Shown: positions 48,492 through 57,517 of the stretch, piece by piece | Position numbering within the stretch: the stretch's first letter is position 1 | Layout: each line of letters starts with the position of its first letter | Assembly (NCBI GenBank): GCA_002476605.1 | Contig: DLLD01000015.1 | Location: forward strand, 9,694 to 73,693 | Length of the DNA: 64,000 nt | Reading direction: 5' to 3' | Source of the DNA: Christensenella sp. UBA7571 | GTDB lineage: Bacteria; Bacillota; Clostridia; Christensenellales; CAG-917 | The notes under the pieces: model-generated | What the model was told of the DNA's origin: nothing | Databases searched by the model: none | Seen by the model: the letters and a program-made list of their open reading frames with translations, nothing else | Made by a program: the position numbers and the translations under genes

Positions 48492-48618
48492 AAATATCTC
48501 CTTTTATTTTGAGGCGTTGCGCCTCGGGTTATCCGTTTGAGCGGATTTGATTATAGTATGGCAAAAAGCGTGTGTTTATATACCTTGCGCAATCAAAAAA
48601 ATGTGGTATAATATGGAT

Positions 48619-49290
48619 ATGGTCAATATAGGAAACAGCTGGGACGGAATACTGAAAGAGGATTTTGAGAGCGAAAATTATCAGAATCTGCGCAAATTTT
48701 TGGCGCAAGAGTATCGTGCGCATACGGTTTACCCCGATATGCACGACATTTTCAACGCGCTAAAAGCAACGCCGTACGAGGCGGTGAAAGTGGTGATTTT
48801 GGGGCAAGACCCCTATCACGGTGAAGGACAAGCTCACGGTATGTGCTTTTCCGTAAAGCCGAACGTCCCCGCTCCGCCGTCGCTGGTCAATATATTCAAA
48901 GAAATCGAGGACGACGTAGGCGTCAAAAACACGTCCCCCTATCTCGTCAATTGGGCAAAGCAAGGCGTTTTGCTTCTCAACACCGTGCTCACCGTGCGCG
49001 AAGGTCAACCCAACTCGCATAGAGGTATGGGCTGGGAAGTGCTCACGGATAGCATTATAAGAAAGCTCAACGCGCGCAAAGAGCCTATCGTGTTTATGCT
49101 TTGGGGCGCAAACGCTCGCTCCAAAAAGGCGTTGATAACCAATCCGCAACACTTGATTTTGGAATGTCCGCACCCCTCCCCGTTGTCGGCATACGCGGGA
49201 TTTTTCGGGTGTAAACACTTCTCCAAGTGCAACGACTTCCTCGCAAAGCACGGGCAAACGCCCATAGACTGGCGCACGGACGTACGATAA
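48619..49290 (+). CDS. ung: Uracil-DNA glycosylase; ORF open from 48547, start placed at MVNIGNSWDG (48601 also possible)
   Basis: VVILGQDPYHGEGQAHGMCFSV, LLLNTVLTVREGQPNSH, HPSPLSAY. Confidence 0.95.
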   Translation: MVNIGNSWDGILKEDFESENYQNLRKFLAQEYRAHTVYPDMHDIFNALKATPYEAVKVVILGQDPYHGEGQAHGMCFSVKPNVPAPPSLVNIFKEIEDDVGVKNTSPYLVNWAKQGVLLLNTVLTVREGQPNSHRGMGWEVLTDSIIRKLNARKEPIVFMLWGANARSKKALITNPQHLILECPHPSPLSAYAGFFGCKHFSKCNDFLAKHGQTPIDWRTDVR

Positions 49291-49309
49291 GAATTATAAG
49301 AGGTATAAT

Positions 49310-49531
49310 ATGGATATCGCAAGAATAAACGAATTGGCAAAGAAAGCAAAGACCGTCGGGCTCACCGACGAGGAAAAAGCCGAGCAAGCAAAACTCCGCA
49401 AGAAATATATCCAAAGCGTAGTGGGTGATTTGCGCTCGCAACTCGACAACACGTACGTGCTGGATAAGGACGAAAACAAGGTCAAACTCACCGACTACAA
49501 CAAAAATAACCAACCCCCGACGGATAAATAA
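49310..49531 (+). CDS. DUF896 (YnzC-like) protein
   Basis: ARINELAKKAKTVGLTDEEKAEQAKLRKKYI. Confidence 0.85.
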   Translation: MDIARINELAKKAKTVGLTDEEKAEQAKLRKKYIQSVVGDLRSQLDNTYVLDKDENKVKLTDYNKNNQPPTDK

Positions 49532-49591
49532 CTTGATAATTGTCCGCACACGGATTATAATAATAACTCAGTCAAACATCAGAGGGAAACA

Positions 49592-50143
49592 ATGGACAGA
49601 TTTTACACCGTTGACATCAAAGGCTACAAAGCCGACTTGCCTATACTTCCGCTCCCCAACGGAATCAGTATTTGCTTTTTCAACTTGCACGGCAATCAAG
49701 AGATGACCGAGCATTGCGGAAAGGAACTTGCCAAACTTCTCCACGGTTGCGACATCGTGCTCACCGCGGAGTCCAAGGGCTTGCAACTCTCGCACGTAAT
49801 CGCGCGTGAACTCGGACAAAAATATTACGCCGTATGCCGTAAGTCCAAAAAACTCTATATGCAAGACGGTATCGAGACGAGCGTGAAGTCTATCACCACG
49901 GGCGGTACTCAAACGCTTTATTTGTCCAAGCACGACGCAGACCTTCTCAAAGGCAAGAAAGTGGCAATCGTAGACGACGTGGTATCCACGGGCGGCAGCC
50001 TCAAAGGGCTTGAACAAATAGTCAATCTCGCGGGCGGAACTATCTATAAAAAAGCGTTCGTCCTTGCAGAGGGTGACGCGGCAAACCGCGACGATATCGT
50101 GTATCTCGCAAAGATACCTATAATCACGGATAATCGATATTGA
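49592..50143 (+). CDS. Purine/adenine phosphoribosyltransferase-like protein
   Basis: PRPP-binding VAIVDDVVSTGGSLKGLEQIV; TAESKGLQLSHVIAREL. Confidence 0.8.
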   Translation: MDRFYTVDIKGYKADLPILPLPNGISICFFNLHGNQEMTEHCGKELAKLLHGCDIVLTAESKGLQLSHVIARELGQKYYAVCRKSKKLYMQDGIETSVKSITTGGTQTLYLSKHDADLLKGKKVAIVDDVVSTGGSLKGLEQIVNLAGGTIYKKAFVLAEGDAANRDDIVYLAKIPIITDNRY

Positions 50144-50217
50144 TTGAAATCGGCATTTTATAATGCCGATTTGCATTGATAAACGCTTTATTGCGACAAA
50201 ATCACACTATTTGACTT

Positions 50218-51453
50218 ATGCTTGAACTATTGATGCCGGCGGGCAATCTCAAAAAACTCAAAACTGCTTTTCACTTCGGTGCGGACGCCGTGTATATAGG
50301 CGGAAAGCAGTTTTCTTTGCGTGCCTTTGCGGACAACTTCTCCGAAGAAGAAATGATAGAAGGCATAAATTTTGCTCACGCGTTCGGCAAAAAAGTGTAC
50401 GTCACGGTCAATATATTTGCCAAAAATTCCGACCTCGAAAAAGCCAAAGAATACTTTGAGTTTTTGCAAAAAGTCGGCGCTGACGCGGTGCTTATAAGCG
50501 ATATAGGTCTCGTGACGCTTTGCAAAGAAGTTGCTCCCGACCTCACTATTCACCTCTCCACGCAAGCCAACACAACTAACCTTCTTGCCGTCAAATTTTG
50601 GCAAAGTATGGGCGTAAAACGCGTGGTGCTTGCGCGCGAACTCGGCTACGACGAGATACTTGCCGTTCACAACGCCGTACCCGATATGGAACTCGAAGCG
50701 TTCGTGCACGGCGCAATGTGTATGAGTTACAGCGGGCGTTGTCTTCTCTCCTCTTATTTTAGCAATCGCAGTGCCAACCGCGGGGCGTGCATACAACCTT
50801 GCCGTTGGGGATATCGCATAACGGAGACGGAACGCCACGAGGGAAAACCTCTCGATATAGAGCAAGACGAGAGAGGCACTTACTTTATGAACAGTCGCGA
50901 TTTGCGCCTTTTGAGGCATATTCCCGAAATTGCACAATCGGGCATCGTTTCACTCAAAGTGGAAGGCCGTATGAAGAGCGAATTTTACGTCGCTACGGTG
51001 GCGTGCGCCTATCGCAAGGCAATCGACGAGTATTTGTCCACGGGACGTATAGACGACGTGGACACGCTCGAAACGCGCCTCGAAACGGTTGCTCACCGCA
51101 CCTACACCGACGCGTATTTTGACGGAGACAACCTCAACACCGTATGTATGGACGAGGGACAATCCCAAGAAAAATATATCTTCACCGCAGTCGTGCTTGA
51201 CTACTCGGACGGCGTTGCCACGGTTGAAATGCGCAATCGCTTCAAAACGGGTGACGTCTTGCGTATACTCTCCCCCGACGAGAGCGTAGACGACGAGCTT
51301 TTTGCCGTCGGTGAGATAACCCACACTCAAACGAACGAAAAAACGGACGATGCCAAACTCGTGCAACATACCTATTCTTTTGGCTGCCCCTACGCCGTTC
51401 AAAAAGGTGATTTATTGCTTAAAGACATGGACAGTCATAACTCCTCTAAATAG
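50218..51453 (+). CDS. Peptidase U32 family protein; last residues (SHNSSK*) come from repeat R1
   Basis: LLMPAGNLKKLKTAFHFGADAVYIGGKQFSLRA, ELEAFVHGAMCMSYSGRCLLSSYFSNRSANRGACIQPCRWGY. Confidence 0.9.
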   Translation: MLELLMPAGNLKKLKTAFHFGADAVYIGGKQFSLRAFADNFSEEEMIEGINFAHAFGKKVYVTVNIFAKNSDLEKAKEYFEFLQKVGADAVLISDIGLVTLCKEVAPDLTIHLSTQANTTNLLAVKFWQSMGVKRVVLARELGYDEILAVHNAVPDMELEAFVHGAMCMSYSGRCLLSSYFSNRSANRGACIQPCRWGYRITETERHEGKPLDIEQDERGTYFMNSRDLRLLRHIPEIAQSGIVSLKVEGRMKSEFYVATVACAYRKAIDEYLSTGRIDDVDTLETRLETVAHRTYTDAYFDGDNLNTVCMDEGQSQEKYIFTAVVLDYSDGVATVEMRNRFKTGDVLRILSPDESVDDELFAVGEITHTQTNEKTDDAKLVQHTYSFGCPYAVQKGDLLLKDMDSHNSSK

Positions 51454-51960
51454 AATTACCCCCTCTTTCCGGACACGCCGGCATTTCCACTTCGGCGTTT
51501 GCGCACCGCAATCCGCCTCGTTCGCTTTGGCTACAACACATTCACCGAATGTGTTGCTTGACGCGTCGCGCCCGACCACTCTTATAATGGCATTTCTCTG
51601 CAATATTATCCGTCGCTCGTGGGGGAGACATTTGGCACGCGCATAGAAAGGGACATTTCTCTCGTTATGCCACTGCGCTTTGTGCGCCAGCTACGCAACA
51701 ACACGGCGCAGTCGCTTGTACTACACCCCACAAGGCTTCCACACACAAAAGACAAGCGAACGAAGGCGCGATATATAAGATGAAAGCGCAGTCTTTTGTG
51801 TGAAGGAAAGAAGGAGCACCAAGGCAAAAAGCAAACAATTGGCACAAGTGGCAATTGTGGCAAAAAGCCTTGTGTGTGACGCGAGCTTGGCGCAAAGACG
51901 CTCGCCGCCTTGCGGCTCGAAGATCTGAATAAGCACATTTCGCTTATAAGAGTGTTTCTA
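51434..51960 (+). repeat. Dispersed repeat R1, copy 3 (longer, with extra internal segment)
   Basis: GTCATAACTCCTCTAAATAGAATTACCCCCTCTTTCCGGACACGCCGGCATTTC... and GGCATTTCTCTGCAATATTATCCGTCGCTCGTGGGGGAGACA shared with copy 2. Confidence 0.75.
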
Positions 51961-52003
51961 ATATATAATATAAATGCGTAATATAACTTATAATAAAACA
52001 ATA

Positions 52004-52031
52004 AAAAAGCACGCAAGATTGCGTGCTTTTT
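52004..52031 (-). terminator. Terminator between the R1 repeat and 52059..53936
   Basis: AAAAAGCACGCA-AGAT-TGCGTGCTTTTT. Confidence 0.8.
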
Positions 52032-52058
52032 ATTATTTGTTTTTTTGCGATTATGCGA

Positions 52059-53936
52059 TTACGCCGTTGCCGTCGTATCCGCCGTTACGGGCGTATCGGC
52101 ATTTTCGGGTGTTTCGTCCGTACCGAGTTCTTTTGCGAGCATAATGCGTTCGCGAGAATCGTCCGTGCGCTTGCGCGTCTTTTCACCCATATCACGGCAT
52201 ACGCCTGCCGCTATGATGAGCACCACGCCGACAGCACCGAGAGTGCAGAACCAGTTGCGCAAGGACACGACGTTGATAACCGCCATAAGCAAGTTGTCGC
52301 TGTCAACCCACGTTGCTTGCATATAGCCGAGCATACCGTAAGGTGCGTTCATTGAGAAGAGGTTAATTTCGAGTGCGTCATCGTCGTTGAGGCAAAGACC
52401 GATTTGAAGCGCAGAGCCTTGCGTTGCCGCAGCGATGACTTCTGCAAGGTCTTCTTGCACGAGACCGCCGACTGCTTTGACTGCGCCGAGTTGGTCGAGA
52501 ACACCGATAACCAAACTTACGATATCGTTGTCAAGAGACGTGATTGACATCGGATCGCCGAGCATATCGAGGACGAGCCAGTTGATGGGACGTTTGGTAT
52601 AGCCGTTTTCGTACATAATCCATCCGTCTTCGTTGTAGCCGTATCTGACCTTGACTTCGTTGTTGTTTTGGTCGACTATCGTACCCTCGTAATCGAACGC
52701 ACCGCCGTTTGCGACGTATTCGTCAACCATAGCCTTGTCGTACAATTGATAGAGGAAGTTGCCGTTTTCACTGTAGATGGTCTTTCCGCTTCCGTCAGTG
52801 CCTTCGTAACCGGGTTGCGAATAACTCCAACCTTTGTTGAGGATAAGGCGCAACACCACGGGGATAGTCATACGACCGTTGACTTGCGCATAAAGGAGGA
52901 GCGGATCGTCAAACGTAAGATAACCGTCTTGGTTGAAGCTGTTGTAATTGTCAATGAACAACTTCTTCACGCGCGGATTGTTGAAACCTTCTTTGAGCAA
53001 GCCTTCGTAACCGCCTTTTGAGGTGTTGAAGTATTTGTAGATATAGTCGGTGATTGCAAGACCGAGAGCACGTCTTTCAACGCTGTTGTTGAAAGCGTAA
53101 TCGTAGTCGTTGAGGATATCGTACTTGTAGATAAAGTCGAAAAGTTCAATCTTGGTCGGATTCTCTTTTCTGAGGTTTTCGATGGCTTTGTCTATGGTTT
53201 CGATATCGAGATAGTTGTCGTACCACTCCGCAAATCTTTCCGCGATGTACTCGTTGTCATATTCGAGACCCGTGCGTTTTGCAAGAGTTTTGTACGAGAA
53301 GTCACCGTTTTCTTTGATCTTGACTTCACCGGTGTCTGCATCCACCTCAAAGTCGTTGAGGTTGCCGTTGAGCACGTTGTAGGTGAAATAATCTCTTTCG
53401 AGTTTTGCATTCTTCTCCGCTTGCGCTTCACCGTTGTAGTACAAGTCCTCGCAGTAGAGAGTGTTTTGCGTTGCGTTTGCGATGACGTCGGGAACGATGT
53501 ACGTGAGAAGAAGTCCAAACACGCAAGTGAGGCACACGAACGCAATGAGCGTGCGCACCGTTTGCGAACGTATGCTTCTCTTGGATTTTCTTCTCGTCAC
53601 GACGAGCGTAATCGTCATAAAGATAATTCCGAAGAGCCCCGCGATAATCACGCCGACGAACGGCCAGAAGGAATAGTACGGCATAAGATTGTAGCACTTG
53701 ATGCCGAGCACGAGCGAGATGATAAAGATAGGTAGATATGCAAGCACGTAAAGTACAACCGTTGCCACCGTGTACAAAACGGACGTTCTGGATTGGTCGT
53801 TTTTGGTGCGTTTGCTTATCGGGAAGGCTTTCTTGACCTTGACGTCTGCGACTTCTTCACTATTTTGTTGCGTATCGACGACTTCGTCTTGTACGACGTC
53901 GTTCACTTCGTTGACTGCGTTATAATTGTCGCTCAT
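52059..53936 (-). CDS. Hypothetical multi-TM protein with large extracytoplasmic domain and acidic cytoplasmic tail
   Basis: TM segments near both ends (three N-terminal, one C-terminal), ~350 aa soluble middle; tail DETPENADTPVTADTTATA. Confidence 0.65.
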   Translation of the reverse strand: MSDNYNAVNEVNDVVQDEVVDTQQNSEEVADVKVKKAFPISKRTKNDQSRTSVLYTVATVVLYVLAYLPIFIISLVLGIKCYNLMPYYSFWPFVGVIIAGLFGIIFMTITLVVTRRKSKRSIRSQTVRTLIAFVCLTCVFGLLLTYIVPDVIANATQNTLYCEDLYYNGEAQAEKNAKLERDYFTYNVLNGNLNDFEVDADTGEVKIKENGDFSYKTLAKRTGLEYDNEYIAERFAEWYDNYLDIETIDKAIENLRKENPTKIELFDFIYKYDILNDYDYAFNNSVERRALGLAITDYIYKYFNTSKGGYEGLLKEGFNNPRVKKLFIDNYNSFNQDGYLTFDDPLLLYAQVNGRMTIPVVLRLILNKGWSYSQPGYEGTDGSGKTIYSENGNFLYQLYDKAMVDEYVANGGAFDYEGTIVDQNNNEVKVRYGYNEDGWIMYENGYTKRPINWLVLDMLGDPMSITSLDNDIVSLVIGVLDQLGAVKAVGGLVQEDLAEVIAAATQGSALQIGLCLNDDDALEINLFSMNAPYGMLGYMQATWVDSDNLLMAVINVVSLRNWFCTLGAVGVVLIIAAGVCRDMGEKTRKRTDDSRERIMLAKELGTDETPENADTPVTADTTATA

Positions 53937-53937
53937 A

Positions 53938-56586
53938 TTATTCTACCTCCTTTTGCGTATTTTCTTCCGCAGGTAAGGCGGTATCCTCCGTGGCGGAGGT
54001 GTCTACGGCGTTTGCCGTATCTGCTTCTTGCACGGCGTTTTCGTCTTGCAAAACGTTTTTACCTTTCTTTTTATTGCGTTTTTTGCGCTCTTCGACGACG
54101 GCAGTGCCGTTGGCGTATTCACGCTCTTTTTCAGCGCATACGAAGCTGAGGAAGTAGAAGAACACCACGAGTCCCGTGAAGAACATAAGCATATCTCTAA
54201 GCGAGAAGAGCGGATACATTCTCGGCTTGTAGGAGAGGTCAACCATAACTTGTCTTACGGAATTGAGGTCGGCAAGACCGAGTGCGGAGGGATAAGTTCC
54301 CGCGCCGAGTGTGTCACCTACGAGGACCGAACCGATCATTTTGCCGTAAGTTTGCGCTTCGTATTGTGCTTTGTAGAATTTCTTCACCGCTGCGTCGACT
54401 TCGCCCATTTCGGGATCGATAAATTCCCAGAACGGCTTGATAAGCGGAGATTGATAGGAGTACAATCCTTGGAGCACGTTCACGAGGATTGCGGTTATGT
54501 CGATGACGGGTTGATAATAAGTGTTGCCGTTGGCTCTCTTTGCCTCTTTGAAGAGCGGAATTTCGATACCGCTGATGCTGAGACCTTTGACGGTTTCACC
54601 GTTGACGGTGAGATCTTTAAGCACGAGACCGCCGACGAGTTTGCCGATGGTGTTTTGCACGAGAATGTTGTAAAGATCGATGCCGAACGTATTGAGCACG
54701 CCGTCAAGAGCCGTGTTGAGGAATTGGGAGAGGTGATCGAGGTCGAACGCATAATCGTCTTCACCGAGAAGCGTATTGTCAAAGTCGATATCGAGCAACA
54801 CGTCACCGCCTTCCGTTGCTTTGGCGGGGTTCGTACCCATATTGCCGTCTTCGTCCGCTCTTACGAGTGCGACGTAGAGGTGATCTTTCTTTTGTCCGAA
54901 GATTTCACCCTTGTAAATAAGCACGAGGCTTGCGTTCTTCAATTCGTAGCTATCGTCAACGCCGACCAAGGACTTGATAAGTCCGCCGATCGTCGTACTG
55001 CCGACCGAGCCGTTCATATCCGCGCCCATATCTTTGAGACTCCAACCTTTTTCGAGTTTTTCGAGGATAGGAGCAATGATATTTGCGATAGTCGTTTGCT
55101 TGCCGTCAAAGTTGATTGAGATACTGTTGATAAGAGGTATCTTTTCTCCGAGTTTCTTGACGATTTCGCTTGCGCCGTAATCACCGCTTGCGTTCTTGTC
55201 GAGCAACAAGTCAAAGAGGTGGTTGTCACCGAGCAACGCACCCACTTGCGCCACGAGATAATCGAGTCTACCGTGCGTCAAAGAGAATCTGTCGGTAAAG
55301 TAGACTTCTTGCTCGTAGTACGCCGTCTCGCGTGCGCTTGCTTCCGTTGTATAGTAAGCGTCGCGTGCGTCGATTGCGTTTTGGATAACCATAGCAACTT
55401 CGTCTTTATAATCGTCGGACGTTACGAGTGCTTGCGATTCGTAGTAGTCTTCGAGGATTTCAAGGACGTTGTAGAGGCTGAACACCCAGCCGTCGGAGAA
55501 CAATCCGTTGGGATTGTAAATACCCGTGCCGTAGTCACCGTCCGTGGTGTTGACGACGCTCACCGTTCCGCCTGCCGCGCCTTCGGGGAGTTCTTTGCCG
55601 TCTGCGTCAACGTACACCGTGCCGACGGGCATCAAATCTTTGGAATACCACACGTAAACGTATTGACCGTTTTCTTTGTCGGCACTGACGGTTACCCATT
55701 CACCTTTCTTCTCGTCGTATTGGACGGTTTTGTAGCCTTTCTCTTTATACCAATAGTTGGAGTAAGTCACACCGTTGATGACGAGCTTACCGTCGATAGG
55801 TTTAAGCTCGACGACTTGATTTCTCTCAACGTCGGTGATAAGACCGTCACCCGCTTCGATATTATTGTTTTTATCTGCGTTTACTCTGGACGCACCCGTC
55901 TTCTCGTCAATCGTGAAGCTGATGTCCACGCCGACTTCGACCGTGCCGTCCACTTCGTCGGAGATGAGATAGCCGTACGTTACGGGTTTGTTGGAGATGT
56001 TGCCCGCAACACCGCCCTTGTCTTTGCCTTCCATCTCGACATTGTACGCCTTTTTGAGCAAGTCGATTTTTTCAATGAGTTTGGTAGTTTCGTTCTTGCT
56101 TGCCGCGTTTGAAGAGAGGGTGCGGTAGTAGGAAAGCTGCGTCTTATAGTCTGCAACCGTAACTCCGTCCCCGTAGGTCTTCTTTGCGTCGGCTGCAATT
56201 TGCTCGATTTGGGACTCGAACACCGCGTCCATAACAAAGCCGGATACGAGCATAACCACGAGACACGTCGCGACAACCGCAAACATTCTCACTCGACTGC
56301 TTTTCACCGTCTTGGCAAGGATAATATGCACGATGGAAATAATCGCCCAAAGAGCAAACGCGATCCAAACGCCGTAAAGAGCGGGCGCGGTGATATACGC
56401 TTCCATTTGCATAAAGAAACCAAGCGCGGACGTGCTCACCGTGTCACCCATAAACGGGTCGTGACCGAGGAACTTGACTGTCGTGAAACACACGGCAACC
56501 ATAAACAGCGGAAGACCAAGCATATAGAACACGATTTTCAGTGCACGATACAACTTGACCTTTTGGTACTGTTGATTTTGGCTCAT
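53938..56586 (-). CDS. Hypothetical multi-TM protein with ~600-aa extracytoplasmic domain, partner of 52059..53936
   Basis: Three N-terminal TM segments, one C-terminal TM, acidic Ala/Thr/Glu tail; 1 bp upstream of 52059..53936. Confidence 0.65.
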   Translation of the reverse strand: MSQNQQYQKVKLYRALKIVFYMLGLPLFMVAVCFTTVKFLGHDPFMGDTVSTSALGFFMQMEAYITAPALYGVWIAFALWAIISIVHIILAKTVKSSRVRMFAVVATCLVVMLVSGFVMDAVFESQIEQIAADAKKTYGDGVTVADYKTQLSYYRTLSSNAASKNETTKLIEKIDLLKKAYNVEMEGKDKGGVAGNISNKPVTYGYLISDEVDGTVEVGVDISFTIDEKTGASRVNADKNNNIEAGDGLITDVERNQVVELKPIDGKLVINGVTYSNYWYKEKGYKTVQYDEKKGEWVTVSADKENGQYVYVWYSKDLMPVGTVYVDADGKELPEGAAGGTVSVVNTTDGDYGTGIYNPNGLFSDGWVFSLYNVLEILEDYYESQALVTSDDYKDEVAMVIQNAIDARDAYYTTEASARETAYYEQEVYFTDRFSLTHGRLDYLVAQVGALLGDNHLFDLLLDKNASGDYGASEIVKKLGEKIPLINSISINFDGKQTTIANIIAPILEKLEKGWSLKDMGADMNGSVGSTTIGGLIKSLVGVDDSYELKNASLVLIYKGEIFGQKKDHLYVALVRADEDGNMGTNPAKATEGGDVLLDIDFDNTLLGEDDYAFDLDHLSQFLNTALDGVLNTFGIDLYNILVQNTIGKLVGGLVLKDLTVNGETVKGLSISGIEIPLFKEAKRANGNTYYQPVIDITAILVNVLQGLYSYQSPLIKPFWEFIDPEMGEVDAAVKKFYKAQYEAQTYGKMIGSVLVGDTLGAGTYPSALGLADLNSVRQVMVDLSYKPRMYPLFSLRDMLMFFTGLVVFFYFLSFVCAEKEREYANGTAVVEERKKRNKKKGKNVLQDENAVQEADTANAVDTSATEDTALPAEENTQKEVE

Positions 56587-56773
56587 AATGTTCTCCTTAA
56601 CTTCTCGTACTCACGCCTACGTACGTAAGCGTGCGCACAATATATATAATATTACTTTTCTATCATATCATAACAAAAATCATATTTCAATACGATTTTG
56701 ACAATTTTTTCTCGGCACAACAAATTGTGGTCGCGCACAACGCCGTGCGAATATGTGGCTTTTTATATATTTT

Positions 56774-57057
56774 ATTCGGGTGTGGGTGTCCCACCCCCGC
56801 CCTCAAAAATAGTGATATTGTGCTTGCGCACAGTTATATTTGCGCTTTGCGCAAGTGATATTTTTGGCTTGCGCCAAAAGTGATATTCGCACTCTGTGCG
56901 AGTTGTGGAATATTCTATTCGGGTGCGGGTGTCCCGCCCCTTTCTCAAAAATAGTGATATTGTGCTTGCGCACAGTTATATTTGCGCTTTGCGAGAGTGA
57001 TATTGTTGCTATCGCAACAGTGATATTCGCACTTTGTGCGAGTTATGGAATATTCCA
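56774..57057 (+). repeat. GTGATATT hairpin array, tandem copies 2a (56774-56916) and 2b (56917-57057)
   Basis: Head GGGTG(T/C)GGGTGTCCC(A/G)CCC, hairpins GTGC/GCAC, TTGCGC/GCGCAA, TTTTGGC/GCCAAAA or TGTTGC/GCAACA, TCGCAC/GTGCGA, tail AGTT(G/A)TGGAATATT. Confidence 0.85.
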
Positions 57058-57117
57058 TATTTCGCTACGCTAGATTCCCACGCTAACGCTCGGAATGACA
57101 AACGGAATAATCCATCA

Positions 57118-57517
57118 GCGCACAAAGTGCGCCTAACGTTGCTCGTAGACAGGCGGAGCCGTAGAATATAACTCCACGAAGAGTTGTTGTGAGCATCAAC
57201 TATCCGTCCGAGCAACCGCCGAGCCGTCTCAAGGTTGTGAGACCTTACGCACAAAAGCAATGCTCCTTTCACCAAGCAAGCGATATAGCGAAACTGTGGA
57301 TTGAGTTTTTATCCGTGCCCAAACTGATAGCGTGTATCGGTTGCGCGGTAGTAGTTGCGAGAACAAATGCGGTTTATGACAACAAATGTATTTGTTGTCA
57401 TCACCGCGATGCCGTTTGAGCAACGTGCGCCTAAATATGTGTCAAGTTATCTTGAAAAGATAAGTGACACGTGTTTAGCATTCGGCGCAAAAAAAATTAA
57501 TACAATCATTAATTTTT
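57118..57517 (+). ncRNA. Candidate structured RNA or long leader upstream of gdhA; core 57136-57426 plus 3' hairpins
   Basis: Long-range pair ACGTTGCTC (57136-57144)/GAGCAACGT (57418-57426) enclosing several helices; wobbles are G-U only on the + strand. Confidence 0.5.

Noticed and set aside
51606-52016. 136-aa ORF (and overlapping short ORFs) within R1 copy 3
   Set aside because: Lies in non-coding repeat sequence, is not preserved in copies 1 and 2, and runs into the terminator at 52004-52031
56774-57057. Regular short repeats that could be taken for a CRISPR array
   Set aside because: The constant GTGATATT unit is only 8-9 nt and the intervening sequences are themselves palindromic and similar between arrays, unlike CRISPR spacers; no cas genes nearby
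57118-57426. Pre-gdhA structure as RNase P, SRP, tmRNA or 6S RNA
   Set aside because: I could not match the conserved sequence signatures I know for these RNAs on either strand, so no family name is assigned; Rfam search needed
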